A program made the translations under genes and the position numbers. Under the pieces are notes generated by a model, which was given only the letters and a program-made list of their open reading frames with translations, made no database searches and was not told the origin of the DNA. Shown piece by piece: positions 42,801 to 54,970 of a stretch of 64,000 nucleotides of DNA. Position 1 is the first letter of the stretch, and every line of letters begins with the position of its first letter. The stretch is taken from positions 215,751-279,750 of the forward strand of contig OZ037773.1 of assembly GCA_964035545.1 (NCBI GenBank), written 5' to 3'. Source of the DNA: Bugula neritina. Lineage: Eukaryota > Animalia > Bryozoa.

Positions 42801-45800
42801 ATATATAAGCATTACCACAGTTACATTTGTCACCATGCCAATGGACTGAGTATATAAGACATATAACTATCATCCAGTAAACTGAAGTTACTTCTTGTAG
42901 CCAGGGATCTTGTTTGGTCACAATAGATCTGCCTCAACCTTCCAGTCCCTCTCAACAAGTGCATACATTTTCTTTGTTTATTGAAACTCTACTATGTCTA
43001 TTTCGTCATACAGATGACTGCTAGTTGGGAGGTGGGGCTAGCATCTACACAGTTGTTATTCACTGCTCAGCTCTCCGTCTATACTGGCAAGCATTGCCAG
43101 AAGTTTGAAGGTGTGTTTATTCTATTGGTTTATACTCTCTATATACTCTCTCTATAAAGTCGTATTTTCTCTCTATACTCTCTCTATATATATACTCTCT
43201 ATACTTTTGTATACTCTCTCTATACTTTCTCTATATACTCTTTCTATATACTCTCTCTCTATATACTCTCTCTATATACTCTCTCTATATACTCTCTCTA
43301 TATACTCTCTCTCTATATACTCTCTCTATATATACTCTCTCTATATATACTCTCTCTATATACACTCTCTATATACTCTCTCTATATACTCTCTCTCTAT
43401 ATACTCTCTCTATACACTCTCTATTTACTCTCTCTATATACTCTCTCTCTATATACTCTCTCTATATACTCTCTCTATATACTCTCTCTATATACTCTCT
43501 CTATATACTCTCTCTATATACTCTCTCTATATACTCTCTCTATATACTCTCTCTCTATATACTTTCTCTATATACTCTCTCTATATACTCTCTCTATACA
43601 CTCTCTCCCCATATACTCTCTCTCTCTATATACTCTCTATATATACTCTCTCTCTATACACTCTCTCTATATACACACTCTCTCTATATACTCTCTCTAT
43701 ATACTCTCTATATATACTCTCTCTATATATACTTTCTATATATATACTCTCTCTATATACTCTCTCTATATACTCTCTCTATATACTCTCTCTATATACT
43801 CTCTCTATATACTCTCTCTATATACTCTCTCTCTATATACTTTCTCTATATACTCTCTCTATATACTCTCTCTATATACTCTCTCCCCATATACTCTCTC
43901 TCTCTATATACTCTCTATATATACTCTCTCTCTATACACTCTCTCTATATACACACTCTCTCTATATACTCTCTCTATATACTCTCTCTATATACTCTCT
44001 CTATATACTCTCTCTATATACTCTCTCTCTATATACTTTCTCTATATACTCTCTCTATATACTCTCTCTATACACTCTCTATATATACTCTCTCTATATA
44101 CTCTCTCTATACACTCTCTATATACTCTCTATATATACTCTCTCTATATATACTTTCTATATATATACTCTCTCTATATACTCTCTATATACTCTCTCTA
44201 TATATACTCTCTATATACACACTCTCTCTATATACTCTCCCTATATACTCTCTCTATATACTCTCTATATATATACTCTCTCTATATACTCTCTCTATAT
44301 ACTCTCTCTCTATATACTCTCTCTATATACTCTCTCTCTATATACTCTCCCTATATACTCTCTATATATACTCTCTCTATATACTCTCTCTCTATACTCT
44401 CTCTATATACTCTCTATATATACTCTCTCTATATACTCTCTCTCTATATACTCTCTCTATATATACTCTCTCTATATACTCCCTCTATATACTCTCTCTA
44501 TATACTCTCTCTATATACTCTCTCTATATATACTCTCTCCATATACTCTCTCTCTATATACTCTCTCTATATACTCTCTCTCTATATACTCTCCCTATAT
44601 ACTCTCTATATATACTCTCTCTATATACTCTCTCTCTCTATACTCTCTCTATATACTCTCTATATATACTCTCTCTATATACTCTCTCTCTATATACTCT
44701 CTCTATATATACTCTCTCTATATACTCCCTCTATATACTCTCTCTATATACTCTCTCTATATACTCTCTCTATATATACTCTCTCTATATACTCTCTCTA
44801 TATACTCTCTCTATATACTCTCTCTCTATATACTTTCTCTATATACTCTCTCTATATACTCTCTCTATATACTCTCTCTCTATATACTTTCTCTATATAC
44901 TCTCCCTATATACTCTCTATATATACTCTCTCTATATACTCTCTCTCTCTATACTCTCTCTATATACTCTCTCTCTATATACTCTCTCTATATATACTCT
45001 CTCTATATACTCCCTCTATATACTCTCTCTATATACTCTCTCTATATACTCTCTCTATATACTCTCTCTATATACTCTCTCTAAATACTCTCTCTATATA
45101 CTCTCTCTATATATACTCTCTATATACTCTCTCTATATACTCTCTCTATATATACTCTCTCTATATACTCTCTCTATATACTCACTCTCTATATACTCTC
45201 TCTATATACTCTCTCTATATACTCTCTCTATATACTCTCTCTATATACTCTCTCTATATACTCTCTCCCTATATACTCTCTATATATACTCTCTCTATAT
45301 ACTCTCTCTCTATATACTCTCTCTATATATACTCTCTCTATATACTCTCTCTATATACTCACTCTATATACTCTCTCCATATACTCTCTCTATATACTCT
45401 CTCTATATACTCTCTCTATATACTCTCTCTATATACTCTCTCTATATACTCTGTCTATACACTCTCCCTATATACTCTCTATATATACTTTCTATATATA
45501 TACTCTCTCTATATACTCTCTATATATACTCTCTCTATATATACTCTCTCTATATATACTTTCTATATATATACTCTCTCTATATACTCTCTATATACTC
45601 TCTCTATATATACTCTCTATATATATACTCTCTCTATATACTCTCTATATACTCTCTATATATACTCTCTATATATATACTCTCTCTATATACTCTCTCT
45701 ATATACTCTCTCTATATATATACTCTTGTATACTTTTTATACTCTTGTATATTTATGATGTTAGGAAGTGGGAGGAGCAAAGCGGCTGCCAAAGAAAAAG

Positions 45801-48800
45801 TTGCAGTGTCTGCCATGATCTCTTTTCTGCCTTCCATCACTGATGACTTGCAGCGTTGTCAAATAGAGTCGCATATCATTGAGGGGCAAAAAAGGTGCCT
45901 GAACTTACATATAATACTACGAATATACGCTACATATACTACATACACTACACATACTACATACACTACATATACTACATACACTACATTATATTACACC
46001 TTACTATACTATATACTATACCATTACTGTTTTATGCTATACTATATACTACACAGTTACTGTGTTATACTATACTATATGTTATACTATATACTACACA
46101 GTTACTGTGTTATACTATACTATATGTTATACTATATACTACACAGTTACTGTATTATACTATACTATATGTTATACTACATACTACACAGTTACTGTGG
46201 TATACTATACTATATGTTATACTACATACTACACAGTTACTGTGTTATACTATACTATATGTTATACTATATACTACACAGTTACTGTGTTATACTATAC
46301 TATATGTTATACTATATATACACAGTTACTGTATTATACTATACTATATGTTATACTACATACTACACAGTTACTGTGTTATACTATACTATATGTTATA
46401 CTACATACTACACAGTTACTGTATTATACTATACTATATGTTATACTATATACTACACAGTTACTGTGTTATACTATACTATATGTTATACTACATACTA
46501 CACAGTTACTGTGTTATACTATACTATATGTTATACTACATACTACACAGTTACTGTATTATACTATACTATATGTTATACTATATACTACACAGTTACT
46601 GTGTTATACTATACTATATGTTATACTACATACTACACAGTTACTGTGTTATACTATACTATATGTTATACTACATACTACACAGTTACTGTATTATACT
46701 ATACTATATGTTATACTATATACTACACAGTTACTGTGTTATACTATACTATATGTTATACTACATACTATACCGTTACTGTGTTATACTATATGTTATA
46801 CTACATACTACACAGTTACTGTGTTATACTATATGTCATACTACATACATTACATTACTGTAATTCTTTTCAGATCTCCTAATACTACTGACTACAGACA
46901 CCCAGCACTGACTGTCACACCTAAGAATACCTCATTTACAGGTGAGACAAGTTTCCTCAGTGCTTCCCTGTACCAGAGGATTCTTTTAGTTTCTGTCTAC
47001 ATGAAGTAGTAGAGATACAATGTCTATACCCCTATACATTGTAGGCAAGAAGGCAATCAATGAGCTCTTAAGAAAGCCACACAATATACCAGACCCTGTG
47101 TTGGCTAAGAATGTAGAGCTCTGTGTAGCTGTTGATGATCAGTATGGTCCAATAGCCATGGCTCTTCACGCCAGTCTGGGCAGTGAATACGAGTTCCTTC
47201 TCTTGCAGCTAGTTAAGAAGCACAAGCTACATTTCAAAGGTAGGCTATTTGTCTGGTCACTCCTGCTCTCTAAATCTGTCACAAAGCTGGTGTGCAGTGG
47301 GACGTTCCGTTTAAAAAATCTCAAGTCTCTGAAAATATCGAGATGTCTATTTCTGCCAGAATTACAGATAAAATGTCTTTTCGTAGTATAGTGGTCTTTG
47401 TTGAGCTTTATTATTGGTATCAACTTTACAAGTAAGGCATCTGCTTATATAATAAGATGATATAGTCTAGACTCTAGAGAATTCTATTGAATTCCACTCT
47501 GTGCACGAATCTTGTGGAACAGGCATTATTTATATATGACAATAAGGACTGACTAAGCATTGCGAAATAATGGGTTGCAATAGACTTGTTTGCCATACTA
47601 TTTATAAGTGTAGGCTAAATAACTAAAGAGTATGATATATATTTTATATATATAATAGTTTATAAAGTATAATTTGTGACAAAATGCTTTCAGTTTGAGT
47701 GACGGCGTTTCATGTCAAATGTTTTGCATCCCCTGTTGACAGATGAGAGCACACTGCGTAGTCAGGGCTATGACAAAACACCGGATATTAAATTAGACGT
47801 TCCTGTCGCAGTGAATGGTCAGGTGATCAACTGGATTGAAAGTAAAGCAATGTTCGGCGACGAAGAAACTCATGCCAGGTACCTGGATGATCAACTTTGG
47901 AGTTACTGGAACAGGTGAAGTAATAGTCATTTTGGGAGTTGTGTCATCAGTTGATTTACCATTTATAGTGTCGTGTAGCAACATACTCATAGTATATTAC
48001 TAGTTATACTATGAGTATGTTACTAGTTATACTATGAGTATATTACTAGTTATACTATGAGTATGTTACTAGTTATACTATGAGTATATTACTAGTTATA
48101 CTATGAGTATATTACTAGTTATACTATGAGTATGTTACTAGTTATACTATAAGTATGTTACTAGTTATACTATGAGTATGTTACTAGTTATACTATGAGT
48201 ATATTACTAGTTATACTATGAGTATATTACTAGTTATACTATGAGTATGTTACTAGTTATACTATGAGTATGTTACTAGTTATACTATGAGTATATTACT
48301 AGTTATACTATGAGTATGTTACTAGTTATACTATGAGTATATTACTAGTTATACTATGAGTATATTACTAGTTATACTATGAGTATGTTACTAGTTATAC
48401 TATGAGTATGTTACTAGTTATACTATGAGTATATTACTAGTTATAATATGAGTATATTACTAGTTATACTATGAGTATATTACTAGTTATAATATGAGTA
48501 TGTTACTAGTTATAATATGAGTATGTTACCAGTTATACTATGAGTATGTTACTAGTTATACTATGAGTATGTTACTAGTTATACTATGAGTATATTACTA
48601 GTTATACTATGAGTATGTTACTAGTTATACTATGAGTATGTTACTAGTTATACTATGAGTATGTTACTAGTTATACTATGAGTATGTTACTAGTTATACT
48701 ATGAGTATGTTACTAGTTATACTATGAGTATATTACTAGTTATACTACGAGTATGTTACCAGTTATACTATGAGTATGTTACTAGTTATACTATGAGTAT

Positions 48801-50095
48801 ATTACTAGTTATACTATGAGTATGTTACTAGTTATACTATGAGTATATTACTAGTTATACTATGAGTATGTTACTAGTTATACTATGAGTATATTACTAG
48901 TTATACTATGAGTATGTTACTAGTTATACTATGAGTATGTTACTAGTTATACTATGAGTATATTACTAGTTATACTATGAGTATGTTACTAGTTATACTA
49001 TGAGTATGTTACTAGTTATACTATGAGTATGTTACTAGTTATACTATGAGTATGTTACTAGTTATACTATGAGTATGTTACTAGTTATACTATGAGTATA
49101 TTACTAGTTATACTATGAGTATGTTACTAGTTATACTATGAGTATATTACTAGTTATACTACGAGTATGTTACCAGTTATACTATGAGTATGTTACTAGT
49201 TATACTATGAGTATATTACTAGTTATACTATGAGTATGTTACTAGTTATACTATGAGTATATTACTAGTTATACTATGAGTATGTTACTAGTTATACTAT
49301 GAGTATATTACTAGTTATACTATGAGTATGTTACTAGTTATACTATGAGTATATTACTAGTTATACTATGAGTATGTTACCAGTTATACTATGAGTATGT
49401 TACTAGTTATACTATGAGTATATTACTAGTTATACTATGAGTATGTTACTAGTTATACTATGAGTATATTACTAGTTATACTATGAGTATATTACTAGTT
49501 ATACTATGAGTATGTTACTAGTTATACTATGAGTATATTACTAGTTATACTATGAGTATGTTACTAGTTATACTATGAGTATATTACTAGTTATACTATG
49601 AGTATATTACTAGTTATACTATGAGTATGTTACTAGTTATACTATGTGTATGATATGGGTAACTTGTAAGTTAGAAGTTTCGATCAACTTCTAACAGGCT
49701 TAACTTCATCTAAAACATTTCATTGATTTATTTTATGATGAATTTTGATAGTTCTGTGTGATGGTCTCTCGTGCATAGTCTTATCACCTTTTCTATAATA
49801 TATAATATCGCCCAATACTCTGACATCTTTTGTTATTTACAATGCTTATATTTTCTATTATTTTATGACATGCCCAGAGCTGATATTTACATGCATTGTA
49901 TTGTGGTATATTTTTCCTGTATTTGCCTTGTACTAGTTTCTGAATAGGTACAATGTGCTCTGTAGGTTTGGACCAGGTATGGTGATATATTGGTTTGGTT
50001 ACGTTACAGAAATGGAAAATATGTCTGAAGGAATCCTATTGGCTCACTCGTTCCCTCATAACCTTGAGACGCTTAATTCCTGCAGCTCCAGCTAA
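39813..50095 (+). CDS. CDIN1: CDAN1-interacting nuclease 1 (C15orf41) ortholog with an inserted TQ-repeat region and dsRNA-binding domain, 576 aa
   Basis: 10 in-phase exons: 39813-39922, 41371-41484, 41872-41926, 42086-42745, 43014-43110, 45765-45894, 46874-46941, 47045-47239, 47743-47914, 49966-50095. Conserved blocks: [31 protein letters not shown]...DDQYGP...[20 protein letters not shown]...[12 protein letters not shown]...[19 protein letters not shown] (PD-(D/E)xK core). Confidence 0.9.
42140..42454 (+). repeat. 15-bp in-frame repeat x21 encoding T[QH][SP]V[ST]
   Basis: ACTCAGTCAGTATCC units within the open exon 42086-42745. Confidence 0.95.
43130..45725. repeat. (CT)n-TATATA compound microsatellite, ~2.6 kb, in the intron splitting the dsRBD
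   Basis: TATATACTCTCTC units; reverse complement of the 6065-7260 family. Confidence 0.97.
46035..46860. repeat. 45-bp minisatellite x~18 in a CDIN1 intron
   Basis: TATACTATACTATATGTTATACTACATACTACACAGTTACTGTGT; contains the hairpin ACACAG-TTA-CTGTGT. Confidence 0.95.
47997..49647. repeat. 23-bp minisatellite, ~1.65 kb (~70 copies), in the last CDIN1 intron
   Basis: ACTAGTTATACTATGAGTAT(G/A)TT in tandem. Confidence 0.97.
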
Positions 50096-51052
50096 GGAAT
50101 TGTGTGGTTTAATTGCATAATTCAGCAAGCATTATATTTTTTTTATTTCTGTATATTGCGTTAGTAATTTTACGAATTTTTATTCTTTTTATCTTCTACA
50201 TTTGGTGTATGTATCTAAAATTTATCAAATAAAGTTTTACTTTTAGAAAAATAAAAAACTGTTTAAGGTTTTCTTAAATACTCTACTTCAGAAATACATA
50301 AAAATATTTGTAACTTTAACAAAAAATTGAGCTCTTTATCACTGCTCAGCAACATAGTTATGTAAATAATAGTTTTACAGTTTACATGCGCTTTCATGTA
50401 ATGAATAAGTTCAAAATATAAAAACATAGAAATGAATGACTTTATATTATATAGGAGTACTTGTTGCTATACAAAGCTCCAGAAGTCTTCAGGTCACAAC
50501 TTCTACATGTATGTATACATTATACAGTGTCCCGTTACAGTTCTGTTGTGGTTGGAGTTGTGACATCATAGCTTTTGAATACATATGAACAGCTTTGTAA
50601 TAGCTGAGAGCTGAATACACGTGTGAGCAACTGGGGACTTATGATTTTAGGGTGAACCTGGTGAGTTGTGCTAACCCTGCATATATAGTGTGTCTAAACA
50701 CCTGCTGTAGCTCATCTGTAGTATTGGTTTAGCTTTGAGAGAAATTATTTTAAGCTAATTTATTTCATTGTTATAAGTGATCCTAGTTTTTTTTAAAACT
50801 TAATTTCTTTCTAACAAATGTCTCCAAAATTTCTGAAAAATGTTTTCTAATATATATAAGTGCATTTTAGGTATTTTAGCGACAATCAGCACCATGCTAT
50901 AGTGGAAATTTTACACATCAAAGTTATGTAAAATATGCATGTTTAAGCATTCTGGTATTTTAAAAATCTGTTTCATCTAATAATATTTTTTGTTCTGTAT
51001 TGAAATCTTTTTATGTTTTAGTAAATGTTGCACAACTCAAATTTCTGTGATA

Positions 51053-52231
51053 ATGAATGATCCATTTCACAGCTTCTGCACCCATGCAATAGTGAAGCTA
51101 GCATGCAAAACAGTGAATGGTAATCGGTGCTTCAGATGTGATTTCCTAGATGAAAGTGGCCAGGTTGCTGATGCTGTTGTCTACGAAGTCAGTGAGAATG
51201 GGGGTTATGTGGAAATGACAGTTAAAAATCTATATGGTCAGCCAAAATATGTAGTTTACGGGAAGTCAAGAGACAGCATGAAGATGAGCTCTGCATTTGA
51301 TTGGACAAATTGTGAAGGGTTTATTCAATGTGGCAGCATATTGGACTCTAACAAACAGCAGCTGGTGAAACTAGAAAACTCGTCCCATGAGTGTAAAGCT
51401 CAAATGCTTTCCCCGCTTTCCTTGAAGCCCATGGTGAGTTTAGAGGTGGAACTTACAGCTGTGAGTGTAAAACTGCTCGAAACTATCAAACAAGATAATT
51501 TTAAGTGCCTGATTGTTGCACTAGCATTAAACTTTGCCTGGGCTCTGGGCTCACTGCCCACAGGAAGGGTACCAGCTGGCAACTTCTTTTACACAGATCT
51601 TAAACCTGCTTCGGTTAGTAACACACCACTAAAAATAGATTCACTAGCTTTGGGATCACCCAGCTCCAAGCTCCCACCTTCTAAACAACAAACTGTTTGT
51701 TCCTTGAGGGAGGAGACAGACTTCTCTCCAGCTAATCCAAAGAGTGGCCTGGGTTTCAGCCAGAACCCCAAACCCCAAGAAACACTATCGGGATTTGAGT
51801 CACAACCAGAATCCGGTTCTGCTCCGAGAACTCCGTTGATGGCTAAAAGTGAGTCAATGCAAGCCAATTCTGTCGCCTGTGAAAGAGTAGAGGCGCTTTC
51901 AGAAGGCACCTACCTTACATTAGATGAAAAGAAGATCATTGGTCACATTGATCGACCAACACCACTTATGGATTTTTACTGTTTACGATATGAATCCAAG
52001 AGAAGCTTGAAATTGTTCAACCAATCTGTTCCGAACTCGTACCGAGCACAGCAGGCATTGATACTAGGACATCCTACAAAAAAGCTGGCAAAGGAAGTAG
52101 CAAAAGTTACTGAGCAATCTGCAAACAAGCCCTGCCCACCCGAAGGATCTCAAACAGACGTGCCTTCCGCTATAAAGACAACTGAAAAGGTGACGCTTGA
52201 AGCAGATGATGGTGATGTGGAAAACTATTGA
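51053..52231 (+). CDS. Uncharacterised protein with a single coding exon (392 aa); the N-terminal beta-rich domain is possibly scramblase/Tubby-C/LURP-like
   Basis: 1.2-kb non-repetitive ORF. It has an acceptor TTTTAG at ~51021 upstream of ATG 51053, a candidate 5'UTR donor GTGAGT at 50661, and AATAAA at ~52398. The fold assignment is inference from a beta-strand pattern ending in the helix KCLIVALALNFAW. Confidence 0.7.
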   Translation: MNDPFHSFCTHAIVKLACKTVNGNRCFRCDFLDESGQVADAVVYEVSENGGYVEMTVKNLYGQPKYVVYGKSRDSMKMSSAFDWTNCEGFIQCGSILDSNKQQLVKLENSSHECKAQMLSPLSLKPMVSLEVELTAVSVKLLETIKQDNFKCLIVALALNFAWALGSLPTGRVPAGNFFYTDLKPASVSNTPLKIDSLALGSPSSKLPPSKQQTVCSLREETDFSPANPKSGLGFSQNPKPQETLSGFESQPESGSAPRTPLMAKSESMQANSVACERVEALSEGTYLTLDEKKIIGHIDRPTPLMDFYCLRYESKRSLKLFNQSVPNSYRAQQALILGHPTKKLAKEVAKVTEQSANKPCPPEGSQTDVPSAIKTTEKVTLEADDGDVENY

Positions 52232-54970
52232 ATGATAACACAACTCCCATTATCATGTGCAAAACTGATGTTTATAGAAGTATGAAATAAGTTGGTTTCG
52301 TTGCAATCAGTTTGACTTTTAGCTATTTGCAGTAAGGCAGCTGCAGAACTATGATATTTATGTAAACAACAAGACTAATTCTGCTGTTGCATTAAGTAAT
52401 AAACAAGTGCACTGTGTATATTATACAATATTTTACTTAGTTTCTATGTCTAATATTTTAGTTCATGTTAGAATTGACAAGCAAGTGTCTTATTTAATAT
52501 CTATAAACTGAAACTTGACTGATTTCGTTTGAAGATATAGATGAAAGAAATAGTATTTCATTACTTTGAAAAAATTAAATAGGGCAGTATAGAGTTCAAG
52601 ATACTACACATAAAACAACTCACAGTCATGTAATACTGAATACAAAGCTCTATCAAAACAACTTATAAATTTTCAAGTGTTTCACTTATCGATTTCAATT
52701 TTTTCTTCTGGCTATCCATTTAAGATTCTATCAACTCGTTAACCACTTCATGCAATACAATACAATATATCATCATATATAATTTGTAAGTAATCAGTTT
52801 TATTTATGATGTTCAGGAATATCATATGAAGCTGGTAAATATCTCTGTGAGCAGGTGTGCGAGTGCAGGTTAATCTGTGTACATGCAGCAGCCATTTTTT
52901 TAGAGCAATTTTCCTACTATTAGCACATAACAAAATACCATGCCGCAATAGAAAAGTGATATTTGAAAAGTGTCTAAATTTGTGCCAGTTGCAGGGCTTA
53001 AGATTTTATGAACAATATTTGGCTCCTATAAATCCAACTAACAAGCTGATGTCAAAGTATAGTGGCCCAAGGCCTAAGTTACATAATTTATTAATTACTA
53101 AGACATCAGAGTATTATAATTACAAAATCTGAGCAAGTAAAAATCAATTTTTTCTCATGAGCAATGTTGTAAGCTTGTATTTATAATTAATAGAACATTT
53201 CTTTCAACTGTTCATCCCATGTAGTTCGGCTAAAATGAATAAATTGATTTTAATAAATCATTTAGAACCTCTCTGCATACTCTCCATGCAGTGTATAACT
53301 GTACCAGATAAAGTAGAGTTCAGCAGCTGTAGAGGATGAAATTAAATAGATAACTACACTTTATTATTGGACAAATTAATGGCATCTTTCAAGAAATGGC
53401 TGAAGGGTAAAAATTCTAGAAATTTCTTTATTATGATTGAACAATTTATCATTTTATTTCATTCAGTTATAATTTTTTATTTTATATGGGCTTTACAATT
53501 AAGTGTAGTTTTCCAAAAACTTTTTAGTATACACTGCAGATGGCTAGTGTATAACACATGCGGTGTGTTGCTGGCTTTGGCCTTGACCTGTGGTATGATA
53601 ATATTAGGCAACTTGTTCAAGATATTGATGTTCTGAGACCATCATTGCAGTCAGCCTCTCAGCAGGTTTTACCTGCAGATGGTAGGCCAGTTGCTCAGCC
53701 TACAATCTCTTGAGTTTCCAACATAAAAAGTTGCTAAATTTACATTTGAAAGTAACTCTCTAAAATGTAAAAACTAATTATTATGATATCACACAAAATA
53801 ATACCTATATAATAAGTGTTACATAATATAATATCTTAGAATATAATATAATTATATATTATTATTTATATATAAATTATACTTATATATATATATATAT
53901 ATATATATACAGCATAATATAATATGATATGACATAATATAAGATAATAAAATAGTACAATAGATTGCAATACAATATAGTATAATATGATATAATGCAA
54001 TATAGCATATACTACAATGCTATATAATACCTAAATAAGCATTTATTCTGGCTAACAATTCTATTTACTCAAATATGAGCGTCTGAACTCTTATACTACT
54101 TCAGATTTATTCAAAGTTTGTTAATAAACTGTTCAAAATAGAAACACAGCAACTAAATATATCACCTCCACATCTGCTTCTTTCATCCTTGACTGTTTAT
54201 TTTTTTCAAAGTTTCATAGTACCTACTGCAGAATTATTAAACATTTCTCTCACGTTGTATCAAAAGATCTTGCCCTGTAGGTTTCAAGTAAAACATAAAT
54301 TGTTGCAGTTTCTGATGATAATTATTCATAAACACTAAATAAGACTTTCTTTTACTAGGCTATGGCTAGTGGCTATGGCTATGGCTAGGTATGGCTAGGT
54401 TGCTCTAAAACTAGTAAATGCAGCCTGGTCAGGTCTGCTATAATTTTAGGTTATCTTAGAGTTATATCTCCATGACTTCAGAGTTAGTATGTTGATTTAC
54501 CATGCTATGTTGATTTAATAAACCACACATCTTTGCTTTCTTGCTATAAAACGATACATTATAATATAATAGCAGCTGCATGCATTCCTATGCTGAAGTC
54601 GCCATTGCGTTGTTTTTATATGTTCAAAGGAACATATTATAACTCAACCAAGTGAAATATATGGATCTCAAGCTAAACAAAAAGGGTTGTTTGGAAGTAA
54701 ACAATGTAATCTCATGTTAATTTGCTAGCATTTGGTATAACCAATGGCTAAATTGTAAATAATACATTTTATTTGTAAATTTAACATATTATCTTAATTA
54801 AATTATATCTCTACTATCTACAATGCAATTAAATTAAGTCTTTTGAGTAGAAGAAACATCAATCGTTACATGATCATCAAAAATAGTTTATTTAGTGCAT
54901 AGCCTGTGTTCTTAACCTTATTACAAAATATAACTCATTTTAACCTGTCTTCCTAATAATATAGTTGCAG

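Noticed and set aside
42901-42958. Possible extra CDIN1 exon after TTGTAG
   Set aside because: Weak donor and a length of 58 nt that would frameshift; the direct 42745-43014 join gives a continuous dsRBD.
43105-47009. ORFs of 659, 375, 322 and 315 aa rich in Y/L/S/I/T
   Set aside because: Microsatellite and minisatellite translations; only the short embedded exons (45765-45894, 46874-46941) are coding.
47997-49647. CRISPR-like regular array
   Set aside because: Head-to-tail repeats without unique spacers, no cas genes, and a eukaryotic intron context. The same applies to the other arrays.
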